From contig NC_088811.1 of assembly GCF_011386835.1 (NCBI RefSeq), positions 12,524,001 through 12,588,000 on the forward strand: a DNA stretch of 64,000 nt, written 5' to 3'. The notes under the pieces were generated by a model. It saw only the letters and a program-made list of their open reading frames with translations, had not been told where the DNA came from and searched no databases. A program made the translations under genes and the position numbers. This document shows, piece by piece, positions 58,291 to 64,000 of this stretch; positions within the stretch are counted from its first letter, which is position 1; the number at the start of each line of letters is the position of its first letter. Source of the stretch: Chrysemys picta bellii. Its lineage: Eukaryota.

Positions 58291-60309
58291 TGACCAGGCG
58301 AAGTGTGATGATTAGTAATAGGCCTCCTCTTGCATTGCTGTCCCAGCCACCAAGGGTCGGCTGGGAGGGAGCTGGGATCCAAGGCTGGAAGCCAGCGGTG
58401 TGCTCAGACGTGTGCTGGGCTAATGCGTTTTGGTCCCATTTGAGCAATGAGGCGGTTTGTTCATTATCCTCCTCTCTGCTAGCTCAGTGACCCCTGCAGC
58501 CTCCCCCAGATGGGTCTTGCCTGCGTTTCCTGGCTCACCGCAGCCGGCTTAAAGGGCAGTGACGTGTTTGCAGAGCTTCCATCAATGCAGGAGCGCCAGT
58601 TCCCTGATGGAAGCTGGCAGGAGGGGCCCCTCGTTATTAGACGTTAACATTTTGCTTGAGTATCTGAGCATTCACCTGGCTGCCCTCTCCAGCTGTCTGG
58701 GGGCAGGGCTGGGCCAGGGTTCAGTGCACAGCATCACGCGCCCGCACTCGGCTGGTAATTACCCAGCGGCAGGCGCTCGGCTGGCCCTTCTGTCACTTTG
58801 TTGCCTTCGCCTTTCGTTCTGCGCTGACAGCCCAGGCTTGTCAGAGCGGGGTGCCTGCAGGGTGTCGCTGCTCTCTCCTGAAACAAAGGCAGATCCAGGA
58901 CCATATTCAGCTCCCTGGCACCAATGTAAACCTAGAGTAACCCCATCCGATTTACACCAGTGTAACTGAGAGCAGAACTTGGCCCAGGCCTCAAGAATTT
59001 CAGGGACCGCCTAGCGTGGGAGCCAGCCTCTGATCTCCTCTGGACTGTCACAATCCTCAGCTGCGGAGTATGAACCAACCTGTCAGGAAGAAACTTTTAT
59101 CCCATCGCTGCCTTCCGCAGAGTTTCTTGCACCTGCCACTGAAGCGGCTAGTCCTGGTCACTTTCAGAGACGGGGCCCTGAACGTGATGGATCATTGGTC
59201 TGAGACAACGTGGCTGTTCCTGTGTTGCTGTGACGTCTGCTTTGCCCTGCGAATTTACTGAGACTCTGCGATGGCTGCTGTCTCACGCCCCATCTGAGCT
59301 CAGTCCCCCCCAGCGTAAATAGGGAGTCATTCCTATTACTGTAATGGAGCTGCTCCAGACCCCACCCCTCTTGATTGACAACCCCTCGCTCTCTACTGCC
59401 TGATGGGTATAACGCCCGTGCGACTGGCATGTGCTGATCCAACTAGAGCAATGGTAGAGATTGACTGGAGCGAGCCAGTCGGGCGGTTCTGTCCTTTCCA
59501 TACAGTCTGTTGGGGAGTTTGCATGAGCTGAAGTATCTCAGATCAAACACCGTCAAGGTGAGGAGCAGAGAACGCTGTGACTCAGTGACCGTTGCAAAGA
59601 CTGGTCGGGAGCTGCCTTCCCATTAGGGAAAACTCCCCCTGGCCATGGGGAACGTAGATAACAATGTCTGAGCTCTGAAACATTGTTAAAAAAGGTCTTC
59701 TCCCTGCAGTAATTGCTCTGGGATTGCTGGCTGCAAACAACAGGGGCCAAGAGATATGAATGCCCCTTACCAGTGGCCATAGACTGCACTTCACCTTCTG
59801 CCCTGCCATCACTGGCATTCACTGATGTCCCTGGTGGCGTTCCCTTCCAGGACCTTTCCTTGGCATTTGAAAGTGAGGAGGGGCCAGTGCCGCCCGGGGA
59901 GGAGGAGGCTGCCAGCCTGGCATTTAACAGCAGGTCAGAGGTGGTTCTGGAGCATTGGGTTTTGATGGCGAAGGGTTTGTATTCAGTTTGTCAGATGCAT
60001 TTATCACATTGTGCTGACGTTCATGAAGCCCAGCGGGGAGACGGGATTAAGGAACGAAGTCCTGAGCGCGCTCGGTTCTAATCCAACAGCTCTCCCAGGG
60101 CCGCCTGCCGCTTGCTCTTCTTGCTGGTAGAGGCCTTGGGCCGGATCCTGATCTCAGCCAGGCTGGTGCGAAAGCAAAATGAGTGCACTGACGCTAAGGG
60201 CGTCACTCCTCATCCGTGCTGGTATAAGTGGGATCGGAGTCCGGCTCCCCTGCTTGCCACGTGCTGGGATTTGGCTGACACGAGGGAAATGAGGACCTAT
60301 TTGGTTAGG

Positions 60310-60380
<71 letters not shown>
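60310..60380. repeat. Compound (TG)n(TA)n microsatellite
   Basis: Direct. Confidence 0.95.
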
Positions 60381-60387
60381 ACCCACA

Positions 60388-60517
60388 TAGGGTGACCAGA
60401 TGTCCTGATTTTATAGGGAAAGTCCCGATATTTGGGGCTTTGTGTTTTATAAGCACCTATGACCCCCCCCACGCCCCTTGTCCCGATTTTTTTCATACTT
60501 GCTGTGTGGTCACCCTA
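60388..60517. mobile_element. hAT MITE (130 bp)
   Basis: TIR TAGGGTGACCA / TGGTCACCCTA; perfect 8-bp TSD aacccaca. Confidence 0.92.
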
Positions 60518-60700
60518 AACCCACACACCTTCTGGCTGTGGTGTTCTGTCCCATCTAGTGGCACCCAGAGCACTTAGCGATTAATGAGTTTGCTCTCCAG
60601 CCTTAGCTAACAGCCGTATGGTTTTTAGCTCATGCAATAAAAGCTCATGCACTAAGCTCCCCACCCTGAGGTTCGATCCTGCCTGCCGACGACCGGGGAT
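60518..60700. mobile_element. Turtle interspersed repeat with tRNA-like segment (LTR/SINE-like)
   Basis: tagctcatgc...ggttcgatcctgcc A/B-box-like motifs; resembles a recalled common turtle repeat. Confidence 0.55.
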
Positions 60701-60703
60701 TCA

Positions 60704-60987
60704 GGCTAGGTCTACACTACCCGCCTGAATCGGCGGGTAGAAATCGACCTCTTGGGGATCGAATTATCGCGTCTCGTCGGGACGCGACAATCGATCCCCG
60801 AATCGACGCTCTTACTCCACCAGTGGAGGTGGGAGTAAGCGCCGTCGATGGGGGGCCGCGGAGGTCGATTTTGCCGCCGTCCTCACAGCGGGGTAAGTCG
60901 GCTCCAATACGTTGAATTCAGCTACGCTATTTGCGTAGCTGAATTTGCGTATCTTAAATCGACTCCCCCCATAGTGAAGACCTGCCC
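60704..60987. mobile_element. PIF/Harbinger MITE, CpG-rich
   Basis: TIR GGCTAGGTCTACACTA / TAGTGAAGACCTGCCC; 3-bp TSD tca; several internal hairpins. Confidence 0.85.
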
Positions 60988-62661
60988 TCAGAGACCCCTC
61001 CTTCCATAGACTGGTCCTTCAGTAAGTGGTAGCAGCTCACGGTTAAGGTCCCTGGTTTAGTCCCCTACTAGCCAAACCTGTGCCTAAAACTTCATTCTAA
61101 ATCCTTTTGACATCTACGTTCAAATGAATGTTTCAGTTGTTCCCCAAGTACACACAGTCCAACTGCCTTGTGTTTACCATTGCTCAGCAAACTGTGCCCC
61201 GGAGTGCTGAGAGAAGAAGGCATCAAATAGTCCTGTCACAGTGCTAAATACCAGCAGGGAACAGGGTAAAGCAAAGGACAGAAGAGGTAGCTCTCGGTGA
61301 GAGGGAGAAGGCTGTTGCAGACAGCAGGAGCTGCACTGGAGAAGGCTCTTGGACCAGCAAGTGGCAAGCCTGTGTGCAAGGAGAGACCGAGGCCCATGCT
61401 ATGTGAGCATGAGACGGGAGGAGAGTGGGGATGAAGTGAGCACTGTGTGGTCAGCTGGAACAAATCCTGGGAGAGTGTTTAGAAAGGACTGTGCACTGGA
61501 TCCTGAAATGAGTGGGGAGCCAGCGGTGCCTGAGAAAGGTGGAGCGGCGGCTGCTGCTGCTGGACTTAGTGCGTGTGGAGAAATGGAGGCTGGCCTAGCC
61601 CAGCACCTCAGATCCTGAACCTTGGGGAAGTCTAGGTGTGGATCCAAACCTTGTGACAAAGGTCTGTCGCTAGTGAGAAGGTGACCAGCAGCTCCCGGCG
61701 CATCCTGGAGGTGGGAAGCTGGGATCTGAGGAACTCCCAGGCTGGCATGTTCTAAGTGGTCACTTTGCAATTTGATCAGGACACCTGGTTTATTTATTTC
61801 CCCCCACCCCTCTCCACCACCTATAACTTGTATAACCATAAGCCAGCTCTTAAAGCTACAGTAGCCAGCCAGCCACCCATTTCCCACTGACTTTTACAGT
61901 AATCTTCAGAAGCTCTCAGGATGATCTGGTGTTGCCAGTTCACCCCCCCCCCTTTTTTTTTTTTTTTTTTTACATCGTTATCTGTGGTGTTGTTTGATGG
62001 GGGAGGGGCCTCCAGTCCTGCTGTGTTTATCCGGCCCCCGTGCTACACACTGATCACAGTCAGTTCAGGGGAAGGAGGGATTGAGCCCCGTGTTCTTGGA
62101 ACTCTTGAACATCTAAGTGTGTCTTCAGTACAGCCGAGCATCCTCTGAGACGAGCCAGCCTGGCGTGGGCCTAGCTCATAGCCCTCAATGGGAGCAAGGT
62201 GGAGCATGGGAAGTCTGCTGGCCTGAGGAATCCCAGCTGGTTTGAGCTAGGAGAAGGGCTTCTTTAGCAAACTGATCGGGGCGCTCCCATGACAGCAGAG
62301 CTTTCCCACAGCCTCCTCTCAGGCCAGCCAGCAATTAGCCCAGCTACCACTGTCTGTAATGAGGTGTGTGCTGACCTCTGCTGGCAAATAGAGAACATGG
62401 CCTAATGTTCATCCTTTGTAAGCTGTGAAATCAAGGCAAACAAATGCCAGACACTGGAGAGGTTTTGATAAAATGGCTTCTGTAATCTTTGCTCTAACAT
62501 GGTCCGTACAGTATCATTAGGATCAAAATATCCTTTCCACAATGAGGCAGGCACGAGGCTTTGCTGCCTTGTGCAAGAATGTGTGAGTCCGTCTGCATGG
62601 CTGTTGCTGTGTGTTCTGTATGAATGACTGTCTATAGGGTTAGGGTTAAGTCTTTAAGTCC

Positions 62662-62733
62662 TTAATCTTTAAGGTGCCATCAGACTCCTTGTTGTTTTTG
62701 TGGATACAGACTAACACGGCTACCCTCTGATAC
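62662..62733 (+). mobile_element. Penelope-like terminal fragment
   Basis: aaggtgcca...gactcctt...acagactaacacggctaccctctgatac, same family as the 28860-28922 segment. Confidence 0.7.
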
Positions 62734-64000
62734 TTGTCTATATGGAGTGTGTGTGTCTAGCCAGGCTTCAGAGATCCAGGCAGAGAGCTGAATCTAGCCC
62801 CTCATAACGCTACAGTTCTGCAAAATTCAAGTTTCCATTTTTTAACCTCTACAGCTGCAAAGGAAAACCTCCCCGTGCTCTCCAGGTGGACCATAGCTCT
62901 GAGTGGTGTGAACTCTCCCCATTGAGCCCAGTGAGGTGTTGACTCTGAAGCCGAATGATGATGTTTTAAGTGATGCTTTCACGTACTTCGAGCCTGCTGT
63001 TATGGGCCACATTGGTGCATGCAGTCACCATCATTGAGTGTGGAAACTGGGTAACCATTTATACAAATGGCTAAATAAGCAAAGGGTAGAAATAGCACCA
63101 GTCTAAAACATTGCTGCGTTGATTTCCTCTCCCAAGAGTAACTTGATTAAATGTTTAGTTAAACATTTAGTTACAGCATATCTACCCTCAATCCTTCCAT
63201 TATCAGGGAGAGACCAGCTTTGGCTTGAGAGGGGTACAGTATGTGACCTCCTTTTGTATCCCTGGGCCGTCCCTTAAAATGTAATATGGTCCTCCTGGCA
63301 GAATCAGTTTGACACACCCCCGGTTGATGAGTTGTGTGTGAGAGGATATAGTTAAGTGTGTGTAATTGTGGTGGGTGAGTGCAGGTGTGTCTGTCACTTG
63401 AAAACAAAAGTACCTTCTAGGGAGACCAGAAGTATTTTTATGATACACAGAGGTACATTATCTTTCTATATGCACACATGCGTCTACCCAACCCTACACC
63501 CATCTGCACAAAGACCCTGCAGACTTGCACACCACCATCCCTGCACAGCAGAACTGGAAGGCAAGACCTACATGTTGCAGCGAGAGGAACATGATAGCAG
63601 TTGCGCTGAGTCAGGGAGAACTTTGCAGTGCAGAGGGATGCACACAACTGTGGCTGGGTTGAGTCGGTGAACCCTTCTTGCTGCAGGGGACGGTGATGTG
63701 TGGCTGGCTTGAGTGGCATGGAGAGAGGAATATTGCTGTCGATGGATCTCCTTAATCTTCCCTTTATTAGCAAGCGGCTGCAGCCCGGGTGATTGCTATC
63801 GCTCTGCTATTCCTCATTTGACAGCACTCCTCTGCTTTCCCAGAAAATACTCGCTGTGTGAGCCAAGCCCCTGGAAATAGCCACGGCCTTATGTGGCGGA
63901 GGGTATTGCGTGCCCATGCCAGCGGGGCAGGATATTTTAACCGTCGCTTGTCAGCACCAGCAGATTAGTGAGTAGTGTCTCAAAAACTAACACTTCTAAA

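Noticed and set aside
20176-58985. Recurrent short palindromes superficially like CRISPR repeats
   Set aside because: Dispersed, diverged and without a spacer array; vertebrate hairpin MITE relics
52000-64000. Further protein-coding exons, additional NP ring motifs, or the U5 snRNA found near human NPPB
   Set aside because: None recognised by eye. ORFs are short and non-homologous. A tBLASTn/Infernal search would be needed to exclude them fully.

Overview
Eukaryotic (vertebrate) genomic DNA, almost certainly a cryptodiran turtle, judged from tortoise-type tRNA-derived Pol III SINEs, turtle-type CR1, Penelope, hAT and Harbinger MITEs, and an intact ANP gene. The window holds the 3' part of CLCN6 (+ strand, 12 exons, 24-10679, long 3'UTR to about 14925). 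Facing it tail-to-tail on the - strand is a tandem cluster of four intact natriuretic-peptide genes, read 5'->3' as CNP3 (51171-49686) -> RNP/VNP-like gene with a 14-residue basic tail (40076-39085) -> BNP (33707-29214) -> ANP (19683-17141). All exon boundaries were derived by hand (GT-AG, frame-consistent). Non-coding highlights: two RE1/NRSE (REST) sites with an identical 17-bp core, one 3' of ANP and one 3' of the RNP-like gene; mammal-like ANP and BNP cardiac promoters sharing a paralogous motif; and two Penelope-derived minimal hammerhead-ribozyme motifs bracketing BNP. No CRISPR, rRNA or true tRNA genes were found. Family names and reference peptides are from recall, not database searches, and most repeat boundaries are approximate.
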